Shown here one piece after another: positions 12,288 through 24,642 of a stretch of DNA of 64,000 nt; the stretch's first letter is position 1, and every line of letters starts with the position of its first letter. This DNA comes from Octopus vulgaris. Taxonomy: Eukaryota. The notes beneath the pieces were generated by a model. The model searched no databases and was not told where the DNA came from. It saw nothing but the letters and a program-made list of their open reading frames with translations. The translations under genes were made by a program, and so were the position numbers. The DNA is taken from the NCBI GenBank assembly GCA_951406725.2, contig OX597826.1:49538001-49602000 (forward strand), in the 5' to 3' direction.

Positions 12288-13649
12288 TGTGTATATTGTT
12301 TTTCTTTCCTTGCCCCAGTTCTTTACTAAACTTCTCTCTACCTTTAACTTTCAAGTTAATATTGTCATCAAGTTTGCTTTTCCTTTCAAATTTATTAACA
12401 ATTTACATTTTCTATTTTTATTTTCTAACTTCTATTTTTCTCAAATTCATAGATATGCATGTTGTTTTGCTTTCGGAGTACGGAGAGGGGGAGATATATT
12501 TTTGGTTTATCAATTGTGTAATTTTTGCGTTTAATTCGTGGTCTATAAATTTCTTTCGGCTTCAGTTCAACGTATTCTGCCTTCTGTTCTTACATATTGT
12601 CAGCATACACTCAAATATAAATGTGTGTGTGTGTCTAGTGTTGTATAGTGTAGTGTACTCCTCGGTTATTGAGAGGACCATCAAAAAGTACCCAATCCAG
12701 CGAGAAATAAATAACATTAAATGATTACAGTATTTATACGTGACCTACTTCAAGTTTCATAGACAGAAAGTGCAGAGTACGAACAAGCTTGTATGGCATA
12801 TACAGCACACGACCCGGCAATCGTTCAGGCAAAAATGGCTTGGATTCTTCGTGAGCAGCAATGATATACCTATACTATATGTGCACAACAGCGTATCTAC
12901 ACTATATGATCACGGAATGCCCATATCATTTGAACCTAAACGATAGCTGGATCGTGCACGGTACGCTGTACAAGCCAGTGCGATTACTGCATTACCTGAA
13001 CACGAAACTTAAAGTAGCTCACATATAACGCTTGTATTTATTAAATGGGAGATAGCGTTTAGGCTCGAAACGATTCTTCCCTCACCTGTCTTTGTCTTTT
13101 ATTTTCTGTACATTTGATGCACATACGCACAGACACACATACACAAACACACATACATAATTGCTTCGTCTTGATTTATATTTATTCCACATTTGTATGT
13201 TAACTTATCGTATCGCATAGTTGTTTATTTCTTGTCTCTTGTTTTTTTGGCTCGCCAATTCCTGGCGGTGTTTCGCGGTCGGCGCCACCAGAAGGAGATT
13301 AAATATTATCGTTTAACTCTCTGGCCAGCTGATAACTGATGATAATTTGGTGACCTTCTGTGTCTGCTTCCCGTTTGGTTGTGCATTTATTATATGTTCT
13401 TAACTTATACACACACACAAACACACACACGCACGCGCACGCACTCACACATACAGATATACACACTCACACGCACATAGGTATCTATGGCTTTTTTCTC
13501 CAAGGCTGTTTTGGGCTCGAAATGTTGTGCCTAATAAAGACATATTTTTTAATATGTCTGTAAGGAGAAATGGAGTTATATCGGCAGTGGGCTGATACTT
13601 GTTTTACTGGTGAATGGGCTGGAGTAACATGAACTGAAGTGCATTGTTC

Positions 13650-14212
13650 ATGAGCAGAACACGTCACCCGGTCGAGGAATTGTATCCACGACATTATGCT
13701 CGTTAGCAGAACACCCTAACCACTGGGCCACGAGCCTATACAAATCATTAATTATAATAATAATTTTCTTTTGTAATTTCATCATAAAGCCAGAAGTAAT
13801 CTGAGAGAAGACGGCAAGTCGGTTACATCGATTCCAGTACATGACTGATACTTCATTTTGTCGACCCCAAAAGATTAAGTTCAGCTCGGCAGGATTTGAG
13901 CTCAGATCGTAAAGAACCGAAAGAAATGTCACTACATGCTTTGTCCTATGCACTAACGATTCTGTCATTGTAATTTAATAATAATAGTGATAATAGGCCT
14001 TTTTACTATAGGCATAAGGCCTGAAATTTAGGGGGAGGAGGCTAGTCGATTACATCGACCTCAATGTTTCCCTAGTACTTGATTTATCGACCGCGAAAGG
14101 ATGAAATGCAAAGTCGGTCCCGACGAGATTTGAACCCAGAACGTAAAGACGGACGAAATGCCGCTAAGCATTTTTCCCGGAGCGCTAACCATTCTGCCAG
14201 CTCACCGCTTTA

Positions 14213-14259
<47 letters not shown>

Positions 14260-14307
14260 AACGACGATGACAACGACGACGACGACAACAGCAACAACAA
14301 CAACAAC

Positions 14308-14363
<56 letters not shown>

Positions 14364-14510
14364 TAATGGTTTCAAGTTTTGGCACAAGCACAGCAAGTTC
14401 AGAGTAGGGGGTAAATCGATTACATCATCCCCAGTACTCAACTAGTACTTATTTTATCGACCCCGAAAGGATAAAAGGCAAGGTCGACCTCGGCGAAATT
14501 TGAACTCCAA
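13650..14510 (-). mobile_element. Cluster of older SINEs: C/D-like head 13650-13735; SINE-A at 13820-13970, 14000-14211 and 14368-14510
   Basis: Recurrent TTATCGACCCCGAAAGGAT..AAAGTCG motif and older tails with GGCACAAG/GGCATAAGGCC. Confidence 0.8.
14213..14368. repeat. Compound microsatellite (GAT)n-(GAC)n-(AAC)n-(AAT)n
   Basis: Direct reading. Confidence 0.95.
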
Positions 14511-14604
14511 AACAAATTTCTTCTCTCTAGTCTGAAAGATAATAAATATGGAGCCAATAATAGAATGACACGAAGAAAAGTGGCTCCAACAATAGTATCA
14601 TTTA

Positions 14605-14765
14605 GCTTTTACTTGTTTCAGTAATTAGACTGCCGCCATGCTGGGGCATTCACTTGAGGGTTTAAGTCCTAGGGTCGAATAAGTCGACCCTGGGACTTAA
14701 ATTTAAGCCAACCACTTATTTTAGCCTTTTCTTTTGCCCAACTGCTAAATTACGAAGACGTAAAA
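14605..14765 (-). mobile_element. SINE-B tail fragment, decayed
   Basis: CTTTTACTTGTTTCAGT..GACTGCCGCCATGCTGG. Confidence 0.7.
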
Positions 14766-14767
14766 AG

Positions 14768-14820
<53 letters not shown>

Positions 14821-14823
<3 letters not shown>

Positions 14824-15048
14824 CAAAATGTAACCACATGTGAATCGTTGGTGATTTTATTCCTTCGTTTTCCTTTTCTCTTGAAATTTCCTGTCTCCTG
14901 TTTGTGAACAAGAGCTTTGCTCGAAACGTAAAACGACTTTTTTTTCCTTCCTTGAGCGTCTGCTAATACTTTCCATGTACCACGCCTTTGCATTGTTTTT
15001 CTTTTTTTTTTCTTGTGGTTGTTCTTAGTTTTGGGGGGATTTATTTTA
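14821..15048 (+). mobile_element. TA-flanked hammerhead-like mini-element family P, decayed
   Basis: Colinear with the reverse complement of 17472-17682; AGAGC-TTT-GCTC-GAAACG..GAGCGTC retained. Confidence 0.75.
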
Positions 15049-15056
15049 TATATATA

Positions 15057-15684
15057 CTAGCACTATGACCCGGACACAGTCAAAATGACTGAAACAAGTA
15101 AAAGAGTATATATATATATATATATATATATATTTCCGGGGAGAGTTTCAGGGTGTCGCTGGCGATGTATCGTGATGATCAAAATTCCGGCCTGCTAAAA
15201 TTTGGTTAAAGTGATTCAAACTGCAGACTCAACGCAAAATGGTCACATTTAATTCAAAGCGTCAAAAATGTTATGAAAACAATTGGTATGTGTTCACAAA
15301 GTCCAAACGATTAATACGAAAAAACCCTCAAGGCTACATCTCGAAAATTCATTTCTTTGCCGAATTTCTACAATGTTTACGGCGATTCGTTTTTATATCT
15401 TGATTTTTTTTATTTTTCATGCAATTTACGCATGCTTGCACACGTGGTGAACACAGTTCACGTCAAACAGCTGACTGAGTAAAGTTCACTATTCAATGCA
15501 TGGGATAAGGCCTAAACAAACACATTCTCGATTTTTGCACTTGCGAGATGAATTTCGGAACAGAAATAGCGCAGTTCAATTTTCATTCGCCTAAACTTTA
15601 AGTGACCCATTTTTTGTGGTTCTACGATTTGTTGGCTAGGAGGAGATGTGCCGGGAAGTTAAACACACAGACACACAAGTTGAG

Positions 15685-15695
<11 letters not shown>
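15057..15695 (-). mobile_element. Probable Helitron interrupted near its 3' end by a SINE-B tail and (TA)n
   Basis: CTAGCACTATGACCCGG at 15057 resembles the other 3' ends; right end ACAGACACACAAGTTGAGTTTCATATA resembles the 5' end at 4725-4753. Confidence 0.55.
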
Positions 15696-15730
<35 letters not shown>

Positions 15731-15805
15731 GCGAAATACGATTAATATAGAATAAAGATGAAGCAAATGAACACAAAATATGTAGTACGTGTGTTTTTAT
15801 TGGCT

Positions 15806-16333
15806 ATTATTTCTCTTTATACAATAAAAACTGTCTGCGGGAAACATGTCAAATAGAATCTACAACCTAAAAATAACTGGCGAGTTCCCTATTGCAATTT
15901 CGATTTTAGGGGCCTTTCTAGGGACCCATTCGTCTCGTCAGGGGAAATATTCCTATAGATAGAAATCAAAACAAGACATTACTTTGGGGCTAGCATGAAT
16001 CCCGACCGCCAACAGAAATGTTTCAACCTCTATCTACACATTCAAGTTTTGAATTCAAATGCCATGCCATGCACAGCGTTTATGTGAAAAGACCGGTAAA
16101 TTCGAACCACGGCAAAATCACCGGATATGAGTTGGGAAAAATTAAATAACTAGAAAGTAATGTAATAAAACATTATGGAGGATATATCATAAATAATTAA
16201 GGTTGTTTATGAATCTATCAATGGGTCTCTTAAGAGGTCCCTGACATCGAAATTGCAATAGATATTTCAAAATTGTGGATTCTATTTGTCATGTCACCCG
16301 CAGACAGCTTTTAACGTGAGGTGAAATAATATG
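15806..16333. repeat. Imperfect inverted repeat, ~110-125 bp arms, ~290 bp spacer
   Basis: CTGTCTGCGGG..ACATGTCAAATAGAATC..CTATTGCAATTTCGAT..GACCCAT at 15831-15930 versus its reverse complement at 16220-16310. Confidence 0.85.
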
Positions 16334-16577
16334 AGTGGTAAACTGGCTTTATAGCAGTTTTGGCTCCTATTTGTAACATGTAAGGGTTTTGAAACCCTCT
16401 TAGTTTTAATTGTGACTTGTTCATAATCATAAACGTTCTTCTATATTTTTTAATGATAACATGTTTGGCCATTGATATACTCATAAATAATCTTAATTAT
16501 CTACAATATAGCCTCCGTAATATTTTATTACATTACTTTCCAAGCACTTAATGCTGAATCATTAAAACAATGTTTTA

Positions 16578-17198
16578 ATGATTGGGCAGAGGGTCAATAG
16601 AACAGCTCTCAGAAACAGACTACGTATAAATTTGTTCTTCACAACTCCTGGAGCTGCTTTCAGATATTATCCATTCCATTCTTATAAAAATGATACGTTT
16701 GTCCAAACTGGTGTGCTAAACAGAAATTGTCGCTTCTGCAAAACTTTAAAATTTCCAAATGAAACTAATGGCATGTGCTGCTTAGGCGGTAAGGTAGGAT
16801 TGCCAGCACTACCAGCTCCTCCTCCTCAACTTCTTATGGATCTTCTGGAAGGCGCTTCCATTCAGTCAAAGGATATTCTGAACAATAGGAGACAATACAA
16901 TTCTGCATTTCAAATGACGTCGTTTGGTGCACCTAAAGATGCACATGGATTTATGCCGACGTTCAAAGATTATCACCTCATGGCTTCCCAGTTACTCCCA
17001 AATGAACAACTACAGTTCCTCCAAATTTACTTTATGAACGTTATAGGACAACAAACCCGAAGGAGGTGTCAAAACTTCAGACGATGGATCGTGTCAGACG
17101 CAACGCCGACAGCCACAAAGGAGAGTTTATCCAGACAGCTTTGCGGTGTGTTCAAAAATCACATACCCGCCACGCCCCAATTTTCCATGACAAGTTAG
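16578..17198 (+). pseudogene. Helitron RepHel N-terminal fragment
   Basis: CRFCKTLKFPNETNGMCCLGGKVGLP..PP..LL..QYNSAFQMTSFG..GFMPTFK..YH..FLQIYFM matches the Helitron N-terminal region as I recall it; the usual QGQ segment before YH is missing; no HUH Rep or helicase motifs follow. Confidence 0.9.
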
Positions 17199-17471
17199 GG
17201 CCTGTAATACTTCAAACAGGCACATAACATGCCGCTTAGTCGAATTAGCCCATCATATACTCCGCAAATATTTTGTCATCAATGCTGTACTTTTCCATAT
17301 AACCTGTTTCAACACATCTGTTATATATATATACAAACTAGGCCATTTTAATTCCGAGCAACGCCGGGAATCTCTGCTAGTATGTGTATATGTGTGTGCG
17401 TGTGTATATTATAAATGGCATAAATGGATGTGTATATAAGTATGTGTGTGTATGCGTTTATATATATATAG

Positions 17472-17682
17472 ATAGTTAATCCAAACAAGAAAGCACAAAA
17501 AACACAACGCGAGGACGTGGAACAAATATAGTATTATTGGACGCTCAGGAAAGAAGGACAGAAGGAGGGTTTAACGTTTCGAGCGGAGCTCTTCGTCGGA
17601 AACATAGGAGAAGGAAAGATCCAGAGAAGGGAAGACAGAGGAAAAAAATCGCCAACGGTACACACGCGGTCACATTTTGAGG
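17472..17682 (-). mobile_element. TA-flanked hammerhead-like mini-element family P, best-preserved copy
   Basis: Minus strand CCGACGA-A-GAGC-TCC-GCTC-GAAACGTT...AGCGTC; (TA)n on both sides; several homologues in the window. Confidence 0.8.
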
Positions 17683-18153
17683 TCACATATATATATATAT
17701 ATCCACACACATATGCACACACGCACACTCACGCACACACATACACATACATATAATATAACTGTTAGGTTTATTGTAAAGCTGTATATGAATATAGTAA
17801 GCCGAAACTTCGCAGTCACTCTCAACCTTTTACTTGTCAGTATAAATACTTAAACGTAGTTATGCACCACACACATACAGAGATTCCAACCACACACCTC
17901 ACCACACATATAAACAAGTATATATATATATACATACATATACACACACGCACACACACATATATATATATATATACATATATACACACATATATATAAG
18001 CATATACATATGCATACACATGTATATATATGTGTGTGTGTGCGTGTGCGTATGATTGTATATATGCATGTGTGTATGATTGTATATATGAGTAGGTGCC
18101 TATATATATATATATATATATATACAGAGAGAGAGAAATAGATAGATATATAG

Positions 18154-18184
<31 letters not shown>

Positions 18185-18532
18185 TGTATGTATGTATGTA
18201 TGTATGTGTGTGTGTATGTATGTATGTATGTATGTATGTATGTATGTATGTATGTGCGTATGTATGTATGTATGTATGTATGTATGTATGTATGTATGTA
18301 TGTATGTATGTATACAAGAGGGCGTGATATTACCAGTGTATGGCGATGTCGATTTCCGCCTAACATGTCGGACTGTTTATCCGGGGATCAATTAATATTG
18401 ACGATGTAATTCGATTATCTCCCCTTACTATCGTGTCTAATCGAGCGTAAAATTAACCAATTTCACTGCGAGAGATATACGAAGCAGAGGGCGAAAGGAG
18501 CTTATAAGAAGACAAGTACAAGTGACGAGCTT

Positions 18533-18938
18533 TGGTGGTGGTGGTGATGGCGGTGGTGGTGGTAGTGGTGGTGGTGGTGGTGGTGGTGGTGGTGGTGGTG
18601 GTGGTGGTGGTGGTGGTGGTTGTGGCGGCGGCGGCGGCGACGACGTTGACGACTGCAACTATAACGATGCTAATGGTGATGATGATGCTGATGGTGGTTA
18701 TGGTGGTGACGGTGCTGGTCAAAACGGTGGTCATGGTGGTGGTGGTGGTGGTGTTAGAGGCGATTAATAAAAGTAACAAAAAAAAATATCAAACATCAAT
18801 CAGAAGTAATTGCTTATTAATCTTTTTATTTAATGATTCGAAAGGAAGTGGCTGTGGAAAGAATCAATTTGATTTGTTATTACTCTTTTTTTATTTACTA
18901 ATTATTATTTATCATTATGTTTTTGTATTTCATCATCA

Positions 18939-18996
<58 letters not shown>

Positions 18997-19013
18997 CATC
19001 ATAATTATCATCA

Positions 19014-19093
<80 letters not shown>

Positions 19094-19129
19094 TTTTTAA
19101 TATTATTATCATTATTATTATCATTATTA

Positions 19130-19185
<56 letters not shown>

Positions 19186-19188
19186 GTT
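18533..19188. repeat. (GGT)n-rich tract 18533-18753 and (ATT/ATC)n tract 18931-19188
   Basis: Direct reading. Confidence 0.95.
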
Positions 19189-19510
19189 ATTTGCTCCCCA
19201 CCACACGTTTGCGAAATATCTTCGAACTTCGGTGTAAGAAAGGAGTAAGAGAGAGAGAGAGAGAGAGAGGTTAGAAGGGTGGGAAGAGAACAAGGGTGGA
19301 ATTCGTATGGAATGCGAGAGAGAAAATGGCACAACCAAATGAAATCATCATTCATTGAGTATTGATGATAAGGGTGTCGTGGGGTGAGGTGGGTAGAGGA
19401 AATGATTTAAGGGGCCGAAAACAACGATATTGTTTGAACACAAACACACGCACATATATACACAGGCATGCAGAAATATATATACATACACACACACACA
19501 CACACACACC

Positions 19511-19555
<45 letters not shown>

Positions 19556-19959
19556 GTGCACATGTATAGGTACACGCATATATAAGTATGAGTGTATATA
19601 CATACACAAACACACACATATATATACGCACACATGTATATATATATATATACACACACACATACACATATATCTATTGGTTAATCCCTAATCGTTAGTC
19701 CGACATAATATATACTCGATTTCGCCTGCGTATATATGTATCTGTATATATGTATATGTATATATGTATATGTATATATGTATATGTATATATTATAAAA
19801 TTGCTAAAGAAAACCAGATACTGTTTACCAGGTGAAGATTGGAAACGAGGAACTCCGAGTACTGAAAATTGGATCCTTCCGGTTATAAAGCATTAAAGAA
19901 TACGCTACGTGTATATTGAGTCCTGTAATCTATCGCTTCTGGTGAACCAATATATATAA

Positions 19960-20032
<73 letters not shown>

Positions 20033-20160
20033 GCCGAAATTGCGAAGATGATCCAGTTCATGACTGATGATTGAGGGCTTCGAATGTCCCGTCCGTGTTT
20101 TTTGTGTCGTCTTCTAAATGTTTCACGTTCTTGTCCCAGTTTGTGTATTTTTTTACTTTT

Positions 20161-20442
<282 letters not shown>

Positions 20443-20689
20443 ATGGAATTAGCAAGAATCTTTATTCAACACAACGATCGTTCCGACCTATCCTGCAACT
20501 GACCCCCTACGGGGTCGAAACGATCGTTGTGTTAAATTTCCCTAGTAACACTGCAGATTTCCTGACGTAAATCCAGCGACAATTACATCGTAACTGTAGA
20601 TGACATCAGGTAGCCTAAAAGGTGAAAGTGCTTTAATCAGCACACTACTAACCGTATACCCAAAGTCCAAATAATCACTTTATATGATA

Positions 20690-20851
20690 GATCGCTAGCA
20701 ACTAAACCTTTTTTTTATTTTCTCTCCTGTTTATTTCTGTGTTCCTTTCTATCGAAGAGCGCAGGATCGAAACGTAAAAGATTTTCACACTTCCCGACCG
20801 TTAAAATAATACATCTGTTTATTGTTTACACACCCGTCTGACTTTATATTC

Positions 20852-20855
<4 letters not shown>
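20690..20855 (+). mobile_element. Mini-element family P (P2 subtype)
   Basis: CTATCGAAGAGCGCAGGATCGAAACG..TAATAC; homologous to the reverse complements of 51296-51503 and 61157-61330. Confidence 0.7.
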
Positions 20856-20907
<52 letters not shown>

Positions 20908-21182
20908 GGGTTCAGTAAAATAAATTTACTTTACCACACACCGAAATTTTAGAAATAGCAGCCCAAAAATTTTAGCTATTTCCTCTACTATAAAAAAAAA
21001 GTCTCCCAGACAACGTATACTCAAAAATAATTCACGCAGGTATAGAGGGAAAAATAACGAAAGATCACACGTACATCGATTATTTGAGAACGCCGTTTCT
21101 GGATTAGTTGGATATAGAGATCAACATTTCTGTCATCAGCCCAAGATTTCTTTAGGTTTGAATTTGAGAGCACTAAAAATCG

Positions 21183-21246
<64 letters not shown>

Positions 21247-21330
21247 TATATATACATATATATAGTCTGACTATATATACTCACTATATATATATATATA
21301 TATATGAATAACTCTATATATATATATGAA

Positions 21331-21371
<41 letters not shown>

Positions 21372-21374
<3 letters not shown>

Positions 21375-21795
21375 CGTAAATCACCGTGACCGNNNNNNNN
21401 NNNNNNNNNNNNNNNNNNNNNNNNNNNNNNNNNNNNNNNNNNNNNNNNNNNNNNNNNNNNNNNNNNNNNNNNNNNNNNNNNNNNNNNNNNNNTAAATCAC
21501 CGTGACCGACCAGGCTATCAGATGTTGCTACACATCGCTGGTCACTATGCGCTTCCCATTGTTTTAGCCTTCAAATGACGCCACCCCGCTGGCTAAGCGA
21601 GCAGGCCAACAGGAAAGAGTGAGAGAAAATTGAGGCGAAAGAGTACAACAGGATCGCCCCCCCCCCCTGCCGGAGCCTCGTGGAGCTTTAGGTGTTTTCG
21701 CTCAATAAACACTCACAACGCCAGGTCTGGGAATAGAAACCGCGATCCTACGACAGTGAGTCCGCTGCCCTAACCACTGGGTCATTGCGCCTCCA
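21372..21795 (-). mobile_element. SINE family C with an alternative 3' tail, spanning the gap
   Basis: Head TGGAGGCGCAATGACCCAGTGG and ~180 bp shared with 1340-1517; tail differs. Confidence 0.88.
21393..21492. other. Assembly gap (100 N)
   Basis: Run of 100 N. Confidence 1.
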
Positions 21796-21979
21796 TATAT
21801 ATATCAACACACGAAACTCCCGAACCTTGAATCACTCTGTTCCTTATGCTATATAGGTACGAGAGTTTCGTGTGTTGATATAAGTGCCAATGCACGGAAC
21901 TCTCGGACCTTGTGCCATGCTGTTGCTTCTGCTATGTATTGATAAAAATATTTTGAGTTCCAGTTTCCCTGTTTGCACC

Positions 21980-22041
<62 letters not shown>

Positions 22042-22425
22042 TACATACATACATACATACATACATACATACATACAGATAAATGTTTATAAATGGAGAT
22101 ACATTTCTGAATGCTGTACACCGGTGCATTGTGTATGTGTGTGTGTGTGTGTGCGCGCATATATACGTTTTCAAAAGCATGTGGTAGCATTTGTGAGTAT
22201 GCATATACACCTTTGCATACGAGTGAGTGTGAGTGCATGTGTATTTCTATACGTATATGTAAATATATACATGCTCATCTATGCACGTGTGCACGTTATG
22301 GTTGCATAACGAAATACAGTGTCCCTACCAACAATTTGTATGTATTTATGTATGTAAACATGCATGTATGTACGTTTGTATAATGTATTTATTTATGTAT
22401 ACAACATATATATATATATATATTT

Positions 22426-22654
22426 AAGGCGATTTGCTGCCAGAATAGTTAGCACACCGGGCGAAATGCTTAGCAGTATTTCGTCTGCCGTTACGTGCTG
22501 AGTTCAAATTTCGCCGAGGTCGACTTTACCTTTCATCCTTTCGGGGTCGATTAAATAAGTACCAGTTACACACTGGAGTCGATCTAATCGACTTAATCCC
22601 TTTGTCCTTGTTTGTCACCTCTATATTTAGCCCCTTGTGGGCAATAAAGAAATA
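22426..22654 (+). mobile_element. SINE family A, full length, young tail
   Basis: AAGGCG head, B box GAGTTCAAATT, tail CCCCTTGTGGGCAATAAAGAAATA, within TA-rich sequence. Confidence 0.92.
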
Positions 22655-22979
22655 AATATATATATATGTGTGTGTATGTGTGTATTTTATGTAGGTAGAT
22701 AGGTATGTATGTTATATATGCATGCATATTATGCGTGTGTTATCATAGTTTCCGTGCTGCACGTGCTATGACTGTCGACTGCACCACGTGCCTTCGTCAA
22801 ATTTTGCATGAAGGTCGGTAGATCTCATACCGACGCCCCCAGAAATGCTTGTAGGTTGAACACATGCATTTGAAGGGCATGCCCGTTTCAAGTTCGTTCG
22901 ATGACGAGTGATCCAGACGACCAATAATTTGCAAACACACACACACACAAAAGCAAGTTGGAGAATTCGTGAAGCAATC

Positions 22980-23260
22980 CATGGGGAACATCACTGAATA
23001 TTCCATTAATTTTCTCTCCCTGACTGCAATCAGTAATGGAACCTGCCAGGAGATTCTCTTAAAAGATCGTATTTCTTAGAAGTCTGTCTCCTTTCCACAA
23101 GAATGTGACATTCGATCGAAAAGTGTGACGTCATGATATATGCTTTGTACCCAGTGAGGTAGGAGTGAGATATCTGGGTGCGAGTGTTTAGACGACGATG
23201 ACTTGACACGGTTGACTGGACATAGGACCTATTTTGGCGACAGCGCGATTTAGAGCTGTA
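22980..23260 (-). pseudogene. Possible decayed I/Nimb-like LINE ORF2 C-terminus
   Basis: Manual translation RLNTRTQISHSYLTG..HFSIECHILVERRQTSKKY loosely resembles RLRIGHTxLTHxYLL..HILxECP. Confidence 0.35.
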
Positions 23261-24604
23261 GGCATACCCCCTTCTCTCTCTCTCTCTCTCTCATACACAC
23301 TCTGTCTTCCTCTCTTTGTGTGTCATACACATACACACTTACGTACACATACATGTGCGCACACACACACACACAAACATGGCTGCAGAAATATACATAT
23401 ACAGGTAGAGAGAGCGAGGCGGAGCGAGAACGAGAGGAATAATTAAAACGTGAGATGTCAAAAAAGTCAGCGTCGAATCATTGATGTTGTTGCTTTGCTT
23501 TTCGAATTTTAGGTGTTCAGCGAGGCTTTGTTCTGCTCTCCAGTATTGATGAATTTCTTATTTTTACAGTAAGTTTTTCAGATACTTGAGCGGTGAGAAA
23601 AAAGACATACTATGTCTGCAGATGTTTCTTGCATCATAAGAAAGCGCCCACTCAAATCCCTGCCTCACAGAGCGATGCAGTTTTTGACAAAGAACAAAAA
23701 ATCCATCGCTCCACACTTTCTCTTTACTTAAGCTCTATCCCTTCTGGATCGCCTTAAAGGATATGCACACTGGGTAATTGGCCAGGGAGCCCGCAGACCT
23801 AGGACCAATTTTGACCTATTCATGTTGTGGCTTGCTGCTGATAAATAAATACTATAGAGTCAATGCATTGATTTAACCAGGGGCATGCAGTAGTGCTAAG
23901 GTAGATCTGCTATCTGTAACTTTTCTGTGTTGAGAAACGGTACATGAAATTTCAACGGTATCGCAAATTATATCCGACGGCTTCAAGAGGGAGATTTCCA
24001 TAGAGATTTGGATTGTGGAAGACGACCCTCTTGGTTCACTGTTTTACGTTCCTAAGAAGAATATTTCGAATGATGGTGAATCCCCGTAGCGTTTTTCCCC
24101 TGTTTGATAAAAGGTTTTATCCGAAACGTCGGATCCTCTTCTTTTTCTTCCCTTGGCGTTTTGAGCTTGAGTCTACTTATAGAGAAGCGAAACGAAACAG
24201 GAGAGTTTGTTTGTGTAATATTTAGATACACATACCCACACCCACACACTCACTCATTCACTCTCTCTCACACACACATATACACATACACACACGTGTC
24301 TGTAGTTTTTTAATAGTTAAGTGCTGTTTGTAAGATACTAATGGTTTCATACCATGCATTTCGCAATTATTAAGTCATAGTTTGTTAGCGGGACACATAA
24401 GTGGGACACAGCTTAATGCTTGCGTCTGCGAACTTGTGTGGTGTATGGTAGAGTCAGGAAGAATGTAAAAATGAGAGCTGGAGAAAGGCGGAATGTGAGA
24501 AAAGGAGAGACAGAAGGTGAAATGGGAGAAATCTCCACTAATGCTATCTAAGGATCAAAGGACATTTTTCCCACAACAGAAAGGAAAATATAAACCAAGG
24601 GGAG

Positions 24605-24642
<38 letters not shown>

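Larger units (their letters stand above)
15730..17380 (+). mobile_element. Internally deleted Helitron (5' boundary uncertain)
   Basis: Contains the RepHel fragment and ends CCGAGCAACGCCGGGAATCTCTGCTAG|T. Confidence 0.7.

Noticed and set aside
12770-13020. Possible decayed LINE C-terminus (HYMITECPYH)
   Set aside because: Only one short motif is visible and stops are present, so the clade cannot be supported.
16578-17198. Functional Helitron transposase or novel nuclease
   Set aside because: Only the N-terminal region is present, a conserved segment is missing, and no HUH or helicase motifs follow.
23740-23900. Possible decayed CR1-like LINE peptide (SLLDRL..DLGP..NKYY)
   Set aside because: It needs several frameshifts, and the similarity is too weak to call.
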